Part shown: positions 15,725-16,489 of the stretch, piece by piece
How positions within the stretch are numbered: the first letter of the stretch is position 1
Layout: the number at the start of each line of letters is the position of its first letter
From: a virus
Taxonomy: Duplodnaviria; Heunggongvirae; Uroviricota; Caudoviricetes
Virus record (IMG/VR): IMGVR_UViG_3300010882_000009
Strand: one strand, 5' to 3'
Length of the DNA: 16,489 nt
Translations under genes and position numbers: made by a program
Notes under the pieces: generated by a model
Seen by the model: the letters and a program-made list of their open reading frames with translations, nothing else
Told to the model about the DNA's origin: nothing
The model's database searches: none

Positions 15725-16348
15725 ATGAAATGGATTAAATTAAGCAACGATAATTTCCAATACATTCTAAATAAAATAAACAAAGTTTGCTTTTCTCGGC
15801 GCGTTATAGTTGGACGCAATTGCATTGATACTAAAACAAATAAAGGTACTCATAAGGATAAATTTGTAAAAATAGCCAGAAGAATAAAGATATTAAAAAA
15901 CAACAAATACAAAAGGCATTACAAGTTAATAATTAACAAGCAATTCTGGAGTGTAACGGAACACATCTTTAGGACAGACCCATCACGTGGAAATTGCTAT
16001 ACAAATCCTCCAATAATCCATATTAATATGGCAGCAGCTATGGGGACATGTTTATATGAAGGCGACGAAGTTAGATTTCTACCTTTCGGAATTATACAGA
16101 TTAAACGCTATCCAAGATATGCCGAACGCTTTTCAAATATATATACTCTATTACCAACAATTAAAAAAGTTGACAGAGATAAAATCATTGCAGATCGGGA
16201 AAATGAGGAAGAGCGGATTGATGATGAGTATTTCAAAGATGAATTAGAACGAGAAATAGAAGAAGAATTATATGAAGATGCAAACGAAGATGTAGAATAC
16301 TTCGATTTTGATTATTATGATTGTAGAGATTATGACGACTTCGATTAA
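15725..16348 (+). CDS. hypothetical protein, basic body with a very acidic Asp/Glu/Tyr/Phe C-terminal tail
   Basis: RBS AAGGAG; tail EEERIDDEYFKDELEREIEEELYEDANEDVEYFDFDYYDCRDYDDFD. Confidence 0.88.
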   Translation: MKWIKLSNDNFQYILNKINKVCFSRRVIVGRNCIDTKTNKGTHKDKFVKIARRIKILKNNKYKRHYKLIINKQFWSVTEHIFRTDPSRGNCYTNPPIIHINMAAAMGTCLYEGDEVRFLPFGIIQIKRYPRYAERFSNIYTLLPTIKKVDRDKIIADRENEEERIDDEYFKDELEREIEEELYEDANEDVEYFDFDYYDCRDYDDFD

Positions 16349-16360
16349 TTATAAAATCAA

Positions 16361-16428
16361 ATATTCTATTTTGCTTCCAATATTAAAGACTAAATAAAAT
16401 ATTGGCGGCTTGCTGTAGTATTGAATAT
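16361..16428 (+). promoter_or_regulatory. long stem-loop (family C)
   Basis: CCAATATT/AATATTGG inner stem, ATATTC/GAATAT outer stem, GGCTTGCTGTAGTATTGA. Confidence 0.5.
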
Positions 16429-16452
16429 ATAATTTAAAAGGAGATTATTTTT

Positions 16453-16489
16453 ATGAAGCTTGAATATAAACAATGTGAAGTAGCAGAAG
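16453..16489 (+). CDS. 5' end of a gene truncated by the window edge
   Basis: RBS AAGGAG, MKLEYKQCEVAE... Confidence 0.65.
   Translation, partial: MKLEYKQCEVAE

Noticed and set aside
16056..16247. 63-aa nested ORF
   Set aside because: Alternative frame inside 15725-16348 with no clear RBS
16351..16369. Eleventh junction site ATAAAA-TCAAATA-TTCTAT
   Set aside because: 7-bp spacer and degenerate arms; could be chance in AT-rich DNA

Overview
AT-rich window of about 35 small, mostly unrecognisable genes, all on the + strand, most with Firmicutes-type Shine-Dalgarno sequences (GGAGG/AAGGAG). This is most consistent with the early or accessory region of a large Firmicutes phage or prophage (inference; no hallmark structural or replication gene is present). 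Recognisable coding content: a Lar-like zinc-ribbon protein, two paralogue pairs (one with a CARF/SAVED-like C-terminal pattern) and a protein with a 9-aa tandem repeat. The strongest signals are non-coding. (1) Ten same-orientation copies of a 28-bp dif-like site (TTTKCATAGAA-N6-TTCTATTAAAA), each with a different 6-bp spacer, sit at gene junctions, suggesting a gene-cassette array or an operator network. (2) A twister self-cleaving ribozyme lies at 6092-6178. (3) Families of long G-U-containing intergenic RNA stem-loops with conserved basal sequence precede many genes. (4) There is a candidate structured ncRNA at about 2040-2480 and a pseudoknot abutting an RBS. (5) The window starts with an (AC/ACAT)n tract followed by a 49-bp direct repeat.
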